Numbered from the stretch's first letter, positions 28,844 to 39,591 are shown. The stretch is 64,000 nt of DNA from Chloroflexota bacterium (GCA_019873685.1 JAIOAT010000003.1:1207-65206); one strand, 5' to 3'. The notes: a model not told the origin generated them from the sequence alone. Made by a program: numbers and translations.

Positions 28844-31413
28844 CGCCCGGTCGCATCAGCCTCAACGGCGCTGACTGGCAGTGCAAAGGCTACTACGGGG
28901 AGGACTGGCGCTGGCGGGATGCACACTGTCCCGCCACCCGCGACACCCGTCACTGGCTCCCTGCCAGCGTGCCCGGCAGCGTCCACCATGATCTGTGGCA
29001 GGCGGGGGAAATCCCCAACCCGTACTTCGAACGCAACAGCCTGCTGCTGGAGTGGGTCCCGGCACGCACCTGGCTCTACCGCAAGGCGTTCACCGTTGAT
29101 CCGGCGCTGCAGGGCGCGCGCATCCGGCTGGTCTTTGCCGGGGTGGATTACGAAGCCGAGTTCTTCCTCAACGGCGAATCGCTGGGGACGCACAGCGGCA
29201 TGTTCACCCCGGCAGTTTTCGAGGTCGGCGACCGGCTGCATTACGACGCAGAGAATACGCTGGCGGTGGTCATCGAGCCGGCTCCGTTGGAGCAGCCGCA
29301 GGTCGGGCGGACCAACCGGGTGCGCACCCACAAGAGCCGCATGACCTACTGGTGGGACTTCTGCCCGCGCATGATCCACCTCGGCATCTGGGACGACGTC
29401 TACCTGGAAGTCAGCGGCCCGGCACGCATCGAGGATGTGTTCGTCCGCCCGCAACTGGCGCCCGACCTGCAGCAGGCGGATGTCTCTGTGTCGATCACAC
29501 TGGACTCACGCCAGCACCGGAGTGTTGAGGTTGAAACGACTCTGCGCCTTGACGGCGCTGCCATCGCCAAGGCGCGCACCCGCCATGCACTGGCTCCCGG
29601 CCAGGCCTGCCTGAACGTCTGCCTGCCGGTTGCCCAGCCGCGGCTGTGGTGGCCCAACGGTCACGGGGAGCAGCCCCTCTACGAGGCCGAAGTGCGCCTC
29701 ATTGACGCGGAAACCGGCCTGCTCTCCGACTCCCGCACGACTCGCTTCGGCATCCGCCAGGTCAGGCTGATCCCGAACGAAGGTGCGGAAGCCACTGCGC
29801 GGCCCTATACGCTGGTGGTTAACGGCCGCCGGATCTACATCAAGGGCTGGAACTGGGTGCCGCTGGATGTGCTCTACGGCGTCCCGCGCCCGGAAAAACT
29901 GGCGCACCTGCTGGGGCTGGCCCGGCAGGCTCACGTCAATCTGCTGCGGGTGTGGGGCGGCGGGCTGATCGAGACTGAGGCATTCTACAACCGCTGCGAC
30001 GAGCTGGGGATCATGGTCTGGCAGGAGTTCATCCAGTCCAGTTCCGGGATCGACAACACCCCGCCGGACTCGCCCGAATTCATCACCAGGATGGTGCACG
30101 AAGCCGAGCAGATCATCCCGCGTCGGCGCAACCACCCGGCGCTGATCCTGTGGTGCGGCGGCAACGAGCTAACCCTCGGCCCGGAGCAACCCGCTGACGA
30201 CGACCAGCCCATCCTGGCCGCCCTGAAAGCGACAGTCGCTCGGCTTGACCCTGACCGCCTGTGGCTGCCCACCTCCCCCAGCGGGCGGCTGTTCAGCTAC
30301 TCGCTGGCGAATAGCGAGCGCGACCCGCAGGGCCTGCATGACGTGCATGGCCCCTGGGAATATCAGGGCGTCGAAGGGCAGTGCACACTCTACAACCGGG
30401 GCGCGTCGCTCCTGCATAGCGAGTTCGGCGTCGAAGGGCTGACTAACCTCAGGACCCTGCAGGCGACCATCGCTCCAGAGCATCGCTGGCCGGTCACCCT
30501 GGACAGCCCGGTATGGCATCACCTGGGCGCTTGGTGGATTCACCAGCCAACCTGGCAGGCGGTCTTCGGGGAGATCGGCGATCTGGAGACGCTGGTGCGG
30601 GCCACCCAGCTCATGCAGGCGGAAGGGCTGCGCTACGCCCTGGAAGCCGACCGCCGTCGCAAGTACCGCAACAGCGGAACACTGCCCTGGCAGTTCAACG
30701 AGCCATACCCGATGGCCGCCTGCACATCAGCGGTTGACTACTACGGACGACCCAAACCGGCCTACTATGCCGTCGCCCGCGCCTATGCGCCGCTGCAGCT
30801 CTCCGCTCGTTTCCCGACACTGGCCTGGGCTGGCCGGGAGGACTTCGAAGCGGAGGTCTGGCTGCACAACTCGCTGGAAACGCCTGTCAGCGACACTCAG
30901 CTGACCGTCCGGCTGATCGAGCTGGATGGGAGCGTCCGGGCGGAGTGGGGCGAGATCATATCCGCGCCGGCTGACGCGGCCACACCGCTGCTGAACGTGG
31001 CCTGTCCGCTTGACCGGCTGGACAGCCCGATCTTCTTCCTCGACCTGACCCTCAGCGATCCAGCGGGCGAAATCGCCGCCGCCAGCCGCTACGTGTTCAC
31101 CCGCGCTGCGAATCTGGCCCCGCTGCTGGACGCCCCGCTAACCACGCTGGACGTGCATCAGGAAGTGCAGGGTAACGCCTGGACGCTCACGCTGACTAAC
31201 ACCGGGCCGCAGACGGCTCTGTACATCTGGCTGGAAGATGGCCGCGCCGTACCGGCGACGGGCTGGGCAGTGTTCACCGCCAATCACTTCTGCCTCTTTC
31301 CCGGCGAATCACGGCAGGTGAAGGTTGGCTGGGCGGGCGTTCCCGCCCTGGAACGCTGCGTCGAGATCAGCGCCCTGAACGTCGGGCGGCTGGCGGTTGC
31401 CTCTACAACGTGA
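28837..31413 (+). CDS. Beta-mannosidase-like GH2
   Basis: GWNWVP, LRVWGGG, WQEF, WCGGNE, SEFG, WQFNE. Confidence 0.9.
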   Translation: MVTPGRISLNGADWQCKGYYGEDWRWRDAHCPATRDTRHWLPASVPGSVHHDLWQAGEIPNPYFERNSLLLEWVPARTWLYRKAFTVDPALQGARIRLVFAGVDYEAEFFLNGESLGTHSGMFTPAVFEVGDRLHYDAENTLAVVIEPAPLEQPQVGRTNRVRTHKSRMTYWWDFCPRMIHLGIWDDVYLEVSGPARIEDVFVRPQLAPDLQQADVSVSITLDSRQHRSVEVETTLRLDGAAIAKARTRHALAPGQACLNVCLPVAQPRLWWPNGHGEQPLYEAEVRLIDAETGLLSDSRTTRFGIRQVRLIPNEGAEATARPYTLVVNGRRIYIKGWNWVPLDVLYGVPRPEKLAHLLGLARQAHVNLLRVWGGGLIETEAFYNRCDELGIMVWQEFIQSSSGIDNTPPDSPEFITRMVHEAEQIIPRRRNHPALILWCGGNELTLGPEQPADDDQPILAALKATVARLDPDRLWLPTSPSGRLFSYSLANSERDPQGLHDVHGPWEYQGVEGQCTLYNRGASLLHSEFGVEGLTNLRTLQATIAPEHRWPVTLDSPVWHHLGAWWIHQPTWQAVFGEIGDLETLVRATQLMQAEGLRYALEADRRRKYRNSGTLPWQFNEPYPMAACTSAVDYYGRPKPAYYAVARAYAPLQLSARFPTLAWAGREDFEAEVWLHNSLETPVSDTQLTVRLIELDGSVRAEWGEIISAPADAATPLLNVACPLDRLDSPIFFLDLTLSDPAGEIAAASRYVFTRAANLAPLLDAPLTTLDVHQEVQGNAWTLTLTNTGPQTALYIWLEDGRAVPATGWAVFTANHFCLFPGESRQVKVGWAGVPALERCVEISALNVGRLAVASTT

Positions 31414-31440
31414 CAGCTGGCGCTGACCAGGCGCTGCCTG

Positions 31441-32226
31441 TTACTCAAACAGGCGCAGCAATTCGACCAGGTCGAGGAACCCGCGCATGACCGGCGCTCC
31501 TGTCGGCAACATACTGCCGCCGCTCGGCTCCAGGGTCAGCTTCATGTCAAAATAGGTGAAAACCAGATCGGGCATGGTCAGCGGGATAGCCGTCAGACCT
31601 GAATCGGAAACAGAAAAGTAGCCCGCGCTCACCGGATTGTTGTCGCGGTTCAACCATAGCTGATAGTCCTGATTGTCGAATGGCTCCAGCCCTTCGACAA
31701 TCAGAATGGCATGCTGGCCGTCCGTCCTGATCAGCAGCGCCCCCCTGGCCCGCGGCATGCGGTCAGTCGCCTCCAGCTTGACCAGATAGGGGTTGACCTC
31801 AGCCGTTGCCTGCTGGGAAAGGGCTGGCGCCTGCCGGATCTGCTGCGGCGCCGCCGCCGGGCTATTGAAGAGCAGCAATGTAGCCAGGACGATCACCAGG
31901 CTGCCCAGAGCAACGCCCACCCAACCCGGCATACGGCTGTCCAGCAGCGCCCGGAGCGGGGTCGTCCGTCTGGTCGGAGCGGCTTTCTGCCTGCCAATCC
32001 GCGCCATCAGCCGCCCTCTGGCTTCCAGCGCAGGTGACCGGGAAGGCGCAGACAGCATCAGGGCGGCAACCACCTGCTGATGATGGGCCAGTTCGCCCCG
32101 GCACCCGGCGCATACCGCCAGATGCTCGATGACGGCAACCGCCTCTTCTTCAGGCAGCACGCCCAGAGCGTATTCCGCCAGTTGATCCGTCACATGGGGT
32201 TCAGTAGCCATCGTTTGCTCGCACAT
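31441..32226 (-). CDS. Anti-sigma factor: zf-HC2 + TM + RskA-like domain (start may be 32211)
   Basis: HLAVCAGC (HxxxCxxC), TM segment, YQLWL and LTLEPSGGS..PTG. Confidence 0.88.
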   Translation of the reverse strand: MCEQTMATEPHVTDQLAEYALGVLPEEEAVAVIEHLAVCAGCRGELAHHQQVVAALMLSAPSRSPALEARGRLMARIGRQKAAPTRRTTPLRALLDSRMPGWVGVALGSLVIVLATLLLFNSPAAAPQQIRQAPALSQQATAEVNPYLVKLEATDRMPRARGALLIRTDGQHAILIVEGLEPFDNQDYQLWLNRDNNPVSAGYFSVSDSGLTAIPLTMPDLVFTYFDMKLTLEPSGGSMLPTGAPVMRGFLDLVELLRLFE

Positions 32227-32264
32227 CGCAGACCATCATTTAAGACTATTACGTACATAGCTCA

Positions 32265-32858
32265 TCAAGGGATCTCTTTTTGCGCTTCCGGGTTGACCAG
32301 CAACGCCTGACGCAGCTTGAGCAGCGCCAGCCTGATGCGAGTCTTGATCGTCCCCTGCGGTTCGCCCAGCCGCTCAGCGATCTCCTTCGTAGTCAACCCG
32401 CCGAAGTAAGCCATTTCCAGGGCTTGCCGCTGCTCAGGCGGGAGCACGTTGAGCGCCTCCCGTAGCCGCTGGCCCTGCAAAGCTACATCGACCGTATCTT
32501 CGGGGTCCGGCGTATCGGCGGTCAGGCCAAAATCCATCGTCGCCAGGTCAACGCTGTGGCCCTCCGGATCGCGAATCTGCTTGCGTTTGACATCAATTGC
32601 CCGGTGGCGGGCCAGGCTGGCCAGCCACACTTTCACCTGGCCGCGATCCACCCGGTAGCTATCCGCCTTCTGCCAGACGCTGGCGAACACGTCCTGCAGG
32701 ATGTCGTTCGCAATCTGCCGATCGCCAACGATTTCCAGCGCGATGCTGAAGACCAGACCGTTATAGCGGTCATACAGCGCCCCCAGCGCCGCCTCATGGC
32801 GCCTGCCGATCAGATAGAGCAGCGACTCATCACAGAGCTTCGAATAGTCCAGGGACAT
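32265..32858 (-). CDS. ECF RNA polymerase sigma factor (SigK-like)
   Basis: LYDRY, QDVF..VW, RHRAID, LAYFGGLT-like region 4 (MAYFGGLTTKEIA), GTIKTRIRLAL. Confidence 0.93.
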   Translation of the reverse strand: MSLDYSKLCDESLLYLIGRRHEAALGALYDRYNGLVFSIALEIVGDRQIANDILQDVFASVWQKADSYRVDRGQVKVWLASLARHRAIDVKRKQIRDPEGHSVDLATMDFGLTADTPDPEDTVDVALQGQRLREALNVLPPEQRQALEMAYFGGLTTKEIAERLGEPQGTIKTRIRLALLKLRQALLVNPEAQKEIP

Positions 32859-33155
32859 CGTCGGGTCCTGGCAACAGCGTCGGCCAGTGCCTTACCGGGA
32901 GATACTGTGAATTCTACCGCCAGACTCCTCAAACGAACATCCCGCTTTGGCCCGGCGGCGCGTATAAGAGTTGCATTAGAAATTCCAATCAGCCCGCGCC
33001 GGGATAAAGCCGCGCCCGCTCGATCATCGTATTGGCTTACTGGAATTGACAGGCAGCCCGGTAGCGATACTGGTCGGCCTGTTGTCACTGTAACAGGGGT
33101 TCATTCGCGGGAACCAAACCGCAGTACACCAGTTCAACAAAAGGAGGGTTGTTCG

Positions 33156-34337
33156 ATGAAAAAGGCGTTCGTCGTTCTCCTGGTGTGCATGGCCCTGATT
33201 GGCGGCACGGCAGCGATCGCCGCCGCCCAGAGCGGTGAAACCACCACCACGTCCCAGCCTGTACCGCTGCAGATCTTCACTACCTATCCGTCGCAGGTGG
33301 TTGGCGCCAATGAGACGGCCTCGCTGACGCTGACCGTGCGCACGACCACTGGCCCGCAGATCGTGGCTCTGGATGTGCGCGACCTGCCGGAAAACTGGAC
33401 TGCTTCCTTCCGCGGTGGTGGTCGGATTGTGAAGTCGGTATTCGTCCAGCCGGAGCAGGATGCCACGGTTGACCTGCGTCTGGAACCGCCTGCTGACGTT
33501 GCTTCGGGCACGTACAACTTCACCGTGGTCGCCCGCAGCGACAGCGAAGAGGCTGAACTGCCGGTTGAGCTGACCATTCAGGAACGCGCCCCGGCCCGCC
33601 TGGCCTTTGAGGTGGAGCTGCCCATCCTGCGCGCGCGCGCCGATTCGACCTTCCGCTACAACGTGACGCTGCGCAACGCTGGCGACGAAGACCTGCTGGT
33701 GGACCTGTCTTCGCAGGCGGCGCCGGTCTTCAACGTCGTGTTCAAGTCTGGCAGCAACGAAGTCGTCACTCTGCCGGTCAAGGCCAACTCGACCGAACGG
33801 CTGACCATCGAAGTGAAGTCCCTGATCAACAACATCCGTGCGGGCACGTACCCGATCACTATCCAGGCTCGCAGTGGCGATGTCGCCGCCACCACTGACC
33901 TCTCCGCCGAGATCATCGGCCTGTCCGTGATTAACCTGACCACGCCCGATGAACGTCTCTCCGGTGATGCGGAAGCGGGCAAAGAGACGACTGTCACCCT
34001 GGTTGTCCAGAACACCGGTACTGCCGCCGCCCGCAACGTCACCCTGAGCGCGACCGCTCCCAGTGGCTGGACCACTTCGTTTGACCCAGCCGAACTCCCG
34101 GAGATTGCCGCCGGTGAACAGATCGAGGTCACCGCGCACCTGAAGCCCGCTGAAAAGGCGCTCTCTGGTGACTACAACGTGACCTTCCGCGCCACTCCGG
34201 AAGAAGGGGCCAACGCCTCGGTGCAATACCGGGTGACCCTGCGTACCTCCACCATGTGGGGGCTGGCCGGTCTGGCGCTCATCGCCATCGCTATCGGGGC
34301 GGTCAGCCTGGCGGTCTCGCGCTTTGGTCGCCGCTAG
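33156..34337 (+). CDS. Membrane-anchored NEW3/COG1470-type Ig-repeat protein
   Basis: AAGGAGG RBS; signal peptide AAA-Q; repeated beta-sandwich units; C-terminal TM ending RFGRR. Confidence 0.85.
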   Translation: MKKAFVVLLVCMALIGGTAAIAAAQSGETTTTSQPVPLQIFTTYPSQVVGANETASLTLTVRTTTGPQIVALDVRDLPENWTASFRGGGRIVKSVFVQPEQDATVDLRLEPPADVASGTYNFTVVARSDSEEAELPVELTIQERAPARLAFEVELPILRARADSTFRYNVTLRNAGDEDLLVDLSSQAAPVFNVVFKSGSNEVVTLPVKANSTERLTIEVKSLINNIRAGTYPITIQARSGDVAATTDLSAEIIGLSVINLTTPDERLSGDAEAGKETTVTLVVQNTGTAAARNVTLSATAPSGWTTSFDPAELPEIAAGEQIEVTAHLKPAEKALSGDYNVTFRATPEEGANASVQYRVTLRTSTMWGLAGLALIAIAIGAVSLAVSRFGRR

Positions 34338-34358
34338 TCCGTTCCAGAGGAGTGTCCT

Positions 34359-35306
34359 ATGGATGACTACGTGATTGAAGCAAAAGACCTGACCAAACGC
34401 TACGGCGATTTCGTGGCTGTCAACAGCCTGAATCTGCAGGTTAAGCGCGGCGAAGTCTACGGCATCCTGGGACCCAACGGCTCCGGCAAGACCACGACCA
34501 TCTTGATGCTCCTGGGGCTGACTGAGCCTACTTCCGGCTGGGTGCGCGTGCTGGGCTTTGACCCGGCACGCCAACCCCTCAGCCTCAAGGCCCATGTGGG
34601 CTACCTGCCCGATGAAGTGGGCTTTTACGGCGGACTGACCGCAACAGAGAACCTGGTCTATATCGCCCGGCTGAACGGCCTGCGCCGTGCTGAAGCCGAA
34701 CAGCGCATTGCCAAGGCGCTGGAGCGCATGGGCCTGCAGGATGTCGCCGACCACAAGGTCAAGACGTTCTCCCGCGGTATGCGGCAGCGGCTTGGCGTCG
34801 CCGAGCTGCTGCTCAAGCAGCCGGAGATCATCATCATGGACGAGCCAACGCTGGGGCTGGACCCTGAAGCGGCGCACCAGTTCCTGGGCACCATCCGCGA
34901 CCTGGCTAACGATGGCATCACCATCCTGCTCGCGTCGCATCTGCTGCACCAGGTGCAGGAAACCTGCGACCGTGTTGGCCTGTTCTACCAGGGTCAGATC
35001 GTACTGGAAGGCTCGGTGCCGCAGCTGGCCCGCCAGGTGCTCGGTGGAGCCTACCGCGTCAACATCCAGGTGGAACAGCCGACCGAGGCGGTGACCGCCG
35101 CCCTGCAGGCGCTTTCCGGCGTCACCAGGGTGCATCACGATGGCAGCCTCTACGTGCTGGAAGCGTCTGAAGATGTCCGTGCAGACGCCGCCGCCGCTGT
35201 CGTCCACAAAGGCGGGCGGCTCCAGCGGATGGATATCGTCTCCGCCAATCTCGACGAAATCTACGAGCAGTACTTCAAGGGGGTGAGCCATGGCACAGCA
35301 GCATGA
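34359..35306 (+). CDS. ABC transporter ATP-binding protein
   Basis: [22 protein letters not shown]. Confidence 0.95.
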   Translation: MDDYVIEAKDLTKRYGDFVAVNSLNLQVKRGEVYGILGPNGSGKTTTILMLLGLTEPTSGWVRVLGFDPARQPLSLKAHVGYLPDEVGFYGGLTATENLVYIARLNGLRRAEAEQRIAKALERMGLQDVADHKVKTFSRGMRQRLGVAELLLKQPEIIIMDEPTLGLDPEAAHQFLGTIRDLANDGITILLASHLLHQVQETCDRVGLFYQGQIVLEGSVPQLARQVLGGAYRVNIQVEQPTEAVTAALQALSGVTRVHHDGSLYVLEASEDVRADAAAAVVHKGGRLQRMDIVSANLDEIYEQYFKGVSHGTAA

Positions 35307-36276
35307 GACTACGCTTTCTGCGCAGCGCGGCCGTGAAGGCTCCCCGTGGACTGGCCTCTGGGCTGTCGTGGCCAAAGAAATGGCCGACCACCTGACCAGT
35401 GTGCGGATGCAGATTCTGGAGCTTCTGATCCTGATCACCGCCGGGGGGACTGTTTTCGGCGCGCTACAGAGCATCCGCTCCGCCAGGGGCGACAACTTCC
35501 TGTTCCTGAAGCTGTTCACGACGTCAACGGATCCGCTGCCAGCGTTCGTTGGCTTCCTGGGCTTCCTGATTCCCCTGATCGCCATCTCGCTGGCGTTTGA
35601 CGCCGTCAACAGCGAGTTCAACCAGCGGACGCTCTCCCGCGTGCTGGCCCAGCCGATCTACCGCGACGCCTTCCTGATGGGCAAGTTCCTGGCCGGGCTG
35701 TTCACCATGGCCTTGGTGCTGGTAGCCATCTGGCTGCTGATCACCGGGCTGGGGATCTTCAGCCTGGGCATCGCGCCCAGCGGGGAGGAAGTCGCCCGCG
35801 GGCTGCTGTTCCTGCTGGTAGCCATCTTCTATGGTGGCATCTGGCTGGCGCTGGCCCTGCTGTTCTCCACGATCTTCCGTCAACCGGCGACCGCTGCGCT
35901 CGCTTCCATCGCGGTGTGGCTGTTCTTCATGGTCTTCTGGAGCATGCTGGCCAGTATGCTGGCGCAGGCCCTGGCGCCAATCCGGCTGGGCCTGATCGAT
36001 GAAGTCCTGGCTCAGGCAGAGTTGATCCAGAACCTGACGCGCATCTCGCCCAACACGGTCTTCGTGGAAGCGACAATGGGGTTGCTGAACCCGACGACGC
36101 GCTCATTCGGTCTGGTGCTGCCCAGCCAGCTCCAGGGCGCGCTGCTGGGTTCGCCGCTCCCCCTGGGGGAAAGCGTCCTGCTGATCTGGCCGCACCTGAC
36201 CAGCCTGATCGCAGTGACCATCCTGCTGTTCACAGTGGCCTATGTGCTGTTCCAGCGGCAGGAGATCCGCGCCTAG
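35290..36276 (+). CDS. ABC-2 type transporter permease
   Basis: Multiple TM; [24 protein letters not shown]; C-terminal FQRQEIRA. Confidence 0.9.
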   Translation: MAQQHETTLSAQRGREGSPWTGLWAVVAKEMADHLTSVRMQILELLILITAGGTVFGALQSIRSARGDNFLFLKLFTTSTDPLPAFVGFLGFLIPLIAISLAFDAVNSEFNQRTLSRVLAQPIYRDAFLMGKFLAGLFTMALVLVAIWLLITGLGIFSLGIAPSGEEVARGLLFLLVAIFYGGIWLALALLFSTIFRQPATAALASIAVWLFFMVFWSMLASMLAQALAPIRLGLIDEVLAQAELIQNLTRISPNTVFVEATMGLLNPTTRSFGLVLPSQLQGALLGSPLPLGESVLLIWPHLTSLIAVTILLFTVAYVLFQRQEIRA

Positions 36277-36284
36277 ATCACCAA

Positions 36285-36416
36285 CCGCCCGTCCCCGTTC
36301 CAGGCGAACAGGGACGGGCGGAAACCCCGCTCAATCCGATCAGGATGGGCCGGGGGACAGACCTCGCCAGCCTGATAGGCCCCCCCATCAGGCGCAGCGG
36401 CGGGGTCTGTGCTTTT
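36285..36416. terminator. Two hairpins between convergent genes
   Basis: CCGCCCGTCCC / GGGACGGGCGG (36285-36321); ACAGACCTCGCC ... GGCGGGGTCTGT followed by a T-run. Confidence 0.55.
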
Positions 36417-36436
36417 TCCGGGCATTCCCCGACTGA

Positions 36437-37486
36437 TCAACACGGCACCAGAGTATCGAGAAGCTGATCCAGCGGCGCCTCCGCCAGGGCCACGGTCGCG
36501 TCCGCCGCGCCATAATACAGCCGCACCTGCCCCGCCATGACCACCGCCCCGCAGGTAAAGACCACATTCCGGAAGAAGCCATCTACCTCATACGGCGCCT
36601 CCGGCCACAGCACCGCCCCGGCGCTGCGGGCAATAATGCGCCCCGGCTCATCATAGGGCGTCAGGAAAGCGCCCAAGCAATAGCGGTCGTGCTCATCCGC
36701 ACCATGGTAGATCGAGAGCCAGCCGCGGGCTGTGGCGATAGGCGGTGCACCGCCCCCCACCCGCCCGGCATCCCACTGACCGGGCCGTCCCGCCAGCACC
36801 AGCCGCGAATCTCCCCAGTGGCGCAGGTCCGGAGAGGCCGCCAGCCAGATACTCATCTGTTTGAACATGCCCGGCATAGGCCGGTGGTAGCAGTAGTACT
36901 GCCCGTTCACCGGCTCCGGGAACAGGGTCACATCACGATTATCCGGCGGAAAGATGATCCCTTCCCGCTGGATGTGCACAAAATCCGGCGTGGAAACCAG
37001 CGCGGTGGCGATGCCATGCGGGCTGACCGCGGTGTAATTGATGTAGTAATGATCGCCGATGCGGGTGATGCGCGGGTCTTCCACGCCAAATGCTTCGTAA
37101 GGTGAAGCGGGGGTGAGCCAGGGTGTATCACTCACGCTGAACCGGACGCCATCCCGGCTGCGGGCCAGCCGCAGATGGCTGACGCTGGTGAGCAGCAGTT
37201 CACCGGTAGCGCGGTGGCGGATCACGCGGGGATCGCTCAGGTCCCAGGCAGGATCGTCGCGATGCACGCGCCGGATGGCCAGATCGCCCTGCGGGGTGTA
37301 ATACGGGCACTGCACCCAGTCCTCATCCCGCACGATGGGACGCTCTGCTACGCGTACCAGCAGCAGCACCTCACCCCGGTACAGAGTCGCCCCGGCGTTA
37401 AACGCGCCGATCACCTCCAGATCGGGCCGGGATGGCCTGATCGTGGCCGGCGTAATCAGGGGGTTGTCAGGATGTCGGATGAACAT
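36437..37486 (-). CDS. GH130 mannoside phosphorylase (beta-1,2-mannobiose phosphorylase-like)
   Basis: NPLITP, IGAFNAG, RVAERP, GVEDPRI, HRP, YHGAD, NVVFTCG, YYGAAD. Confidence 0.9.
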   Translation of the reverse strand: MFIRHPDNPLITPATIRPSRPDLEVIGAFNAGATLYRGEVLLLVRVAERPIVRDEDWVQCPYYTPQGDLAIRRVHRDDPAWDLSDPRVIRHRATGELLLTSVSHLRLARSRDGVRFSVSDTPWLTPASPYEAFGVEDPRITRIGDHYYINYTAVSPHGIATALVSTPDFVHIQREGIIFPPDNRDVTLFPEPVNGQYYCYHRPMPGMFKQMSIWLAASPDLRHWGDSRLVLAGRPGQWDAGRVGGGAPPIATARGWLSIYHGADEHDRYCLGAFLTPYDEPGRIIARSAGAVLWPEAPYEVDGFFRNVVFTCGAVVMAGQVRLYYGAADATVALAEAPLDQLLDTLVPC

Positions 37487-37490
37487 GGGG

Positions 37491-39557
37491 TCAGCTCCCA
37501 GCCTCTACAAAACTAATCGCCCGCGCTTCCACCGTCACAGGGCGCGCTACCGAGCCGCTATGCAGCAGGCATGTGCGCCTCTCCGGGGTGGGATTGTACA
37601 GCAGGAACCGCCGCTCGTGAACAGCGGGAAAGTCGCCCAGCCGCAGGCATGGCACATCCAGACTCAGGCACAGCACTTCCGGATCATCCACCCGCCCCAG
37701 TGCACCGAACAACAGAGCACTCCAGAAGACCTCGCCCGCGCCGTAAATCTCTTTGCCCAGCCGCCCCATCCGGTCGAATTCGGCTGTAGAAAGGTCCTCA
37801 TACGGGATAGCCGGGCATGGCCCGCGCCGCCATTCGGCAGGCAGCCAGGGATCGAAGAAGGCGTAGTTATGCTGCCGTTGCAGGTTGGCGAAGGCGCTCA
37901 GCAGCGCCAGCGGGCCGCGCCGCCCGCGCAACACCTCCGGCCAGGCGATCATGGTCTCCACGTTTTCCTTGTAGGCCGGGTAACACAGTGATGCGCAGGC
38001 CTGGAACATCCCGCGCGGGTCATAGTAGGGCGCTGCCGGGTCGGCGCCCCAGTAGCCCATCCGCAGCACCAGATGCAGGCAATCGCTAACCATACTGTCC
38101 CAATCCATGTCCGGACGGTAGCCGGCATCGGCCAGGTAACTGGCGGCTGCCGCGGCGAACGAGAGTTGCTGCGGCTCATGGGTGAGCATGGCGGGCGGCA
38201 GGCTGTGCATCACGCGCAGGGCATGTGCAGCTTCGTCCAGGTAGACCTCCGCGCCGCCGCTCAACTGATGCGCCAGGACACAGCCCGCTGCATACAGCCC
38301 GCCGACGCTGGCGTTGAGCAGGCTGCCCCGCGCCTGCCAGTCGGCGGCATCCGAAAACAGCGGGAATACATAACCCGTTCGCCGGGCCAGCTGCTCCGCC
38401 CCTCGTAGCGCGGTGAAGAACATCTCCCGCAGCGCCGGGTCGCCAGTGAGGTAGGCGACCCAGGGCAGCTTGATCAGGGCGTTCTCCAGAAAATACCAGG
38501 TGTCCATGAAGCTGTCGCTGGCGCGGGGAGGGTAGTTGTTGGCCACATAGTCCCATTGAGGCCGCGCAAAGTGCGGCAGCGTCGCCCGCAGGCGGCGGAT
38601 CACGCCGTCAGCGCGGGCGTCGCCGGTAGCTTGCCGCCACAACAACAGCGGCCACAGCACGTCAAGCTGCGTCATCAGCTCAAAGCCGGGCGCGGCATCC
38701 CGCCCGACCGCTGAGCTGCCCTGTACATACGCGCGCAAACCCGACACACCCTGTACCGTGACCCAGCAGGATTCGCTTTCCAGGTCGGCCAGCGTCCGGC
38801 AGGCCATCTCCTCCCAGGGCAACGGCTCACTCACCGGCGCGGGAACCGGATCAAGCAGCGGCGCAACCGCTTCCAGCAGGGTGCGCTGAGCGGCCCAGGG
38901 CGATGGCGTGCCCTGGCGCGGGCGCTGGGTGAACCACCAGGCCAGCCGATGCGTCCCTGGCGGGAAGTGGAACGGCGCTTCCGGTGCATTCGGCACCAGC
39001 CCGAAGCCATAGCGTCCTTCTGGCCGGTAGAGCAGCGCCTCGCGCACGCTGAAGTTGTAGAAGCGGTGCGGCGCCCAGGCAAAAGCCTCCGGCGGAAAGT
39101 AGACGATAGTCTCCAGCCGTGACTGATCGTCATAGAGATACCCCGCCATCAGGTCATTGCCGCCCAGTCCCTGCGCGTTGACCGTTGGGGCGCGCAGGAC
39201 GGTTTGCCGCCAGGTATGCGCCTGGCGGTCATCCAGGTTATCCAGCGGCCCCAGCCACAGCAGCAGGGCTACCGGCAGGTCAACCGGGGCATCAGCGGTG
39301 AGCGCCGTCTCCAGCCAGAAGCCGCCTGCCCGCGGGATGATACTGGTCTGCCAGGTGAAGCCCGGCCCTTCTCCGGCCAGGCCGTCAGCGGTCAGGCGGG
39401 CGGGCGTCCATCCCTGAACCGGCACACTTGGCCCGCGGGCAGCCGGTCGCCAATCGCCAGTGTCCACCCCGGCCCTGACGAACGTCACGAAGTGAAAACC
39501 TGCGCCATCGTCAAAGCGGCATTCCAGCCGCACGTCCCCGTTGACAAACGTGTTCAT
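37491..39557 (-). CDS. Hypothetical protein, beta-rich N-terminus and helical C-terminus (putative carbohydrate-active enzyme)
   Basis: About 688-aa ORF co-oriented with GH130 and divergent from LacI; GMFQAC...YPAYKEN and IPYE motifs; no family recognised. Confidence 0.75.
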   Translation of the reverse strand: MNTFVNGDVRLECRFDDGAGFHFVTFVRAGVDTGDWRPAARGPSVPVQGWTPARLTADGLAGEGPGFTWQTSIIPRAGGFWLETALTADAPVDLPVALLLWLGPLDNLDDRQAHTWRQTVLRAPTVNAQGLGGNDLMAGYLYDDQSRLETIVYFPPEAFAWAPHRFYNFSVREALLYRPEGRYGFGLVPNAPEAPFHFPPGTHRLAWWFTQRPRQGTPSPWAAQRTLLEAVAPLLDPVPAPVSEPLPWEEMACRTLADLESESCWVTVQGVSGLRAYVQGSSAVGRDAAPGFELMTQLDVLWPLLLWRQATGDARADGVIRRLRATLPHFARPQWDYVANNYPPRASDSFMDTWYFLENALIKLPWVAYLTGDPALREMFFTALRGAEQLARRTGYVFPLFSDAADWQARGSLLNASVGGLYAAGCVLAHQLSGGAEVYLDEAAHALRVMHSLPPAMLTHEPQQLSFAAAAASYLADAGYRPDMDWDSMVSDCLHLVLRMGYWGADPAAPYYDPRGMFQACASLCYPAYKENVETMIAWPEVLRGRRGPLALLSAFANLQRQHNYAFFDPWLPAEWRRGPCPAIPYEDLSTAEFDRMGRLGKEIYGAGEVFWSALLFGALGRVDDPEVLCLSLDVPCLRLGDFPAVHERRFLLYNPTPERRTCLLHSGSVARPVTVEARAISFVEAGS

Positions 39558-39591
39558 CGTGTAGCCTGCCCAATCCTGGTTGTGCAAGGTC

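Noticed and set aside
33024-35621. 865-aa antisense ORF, and similar shadow ORFs such as 60217-61872, 51172-52518 and 40983-42059
   Set aside because: They lie opposite well-supported genes; this is expected from GC-rich codon bias, and they have no recognisable motifs.
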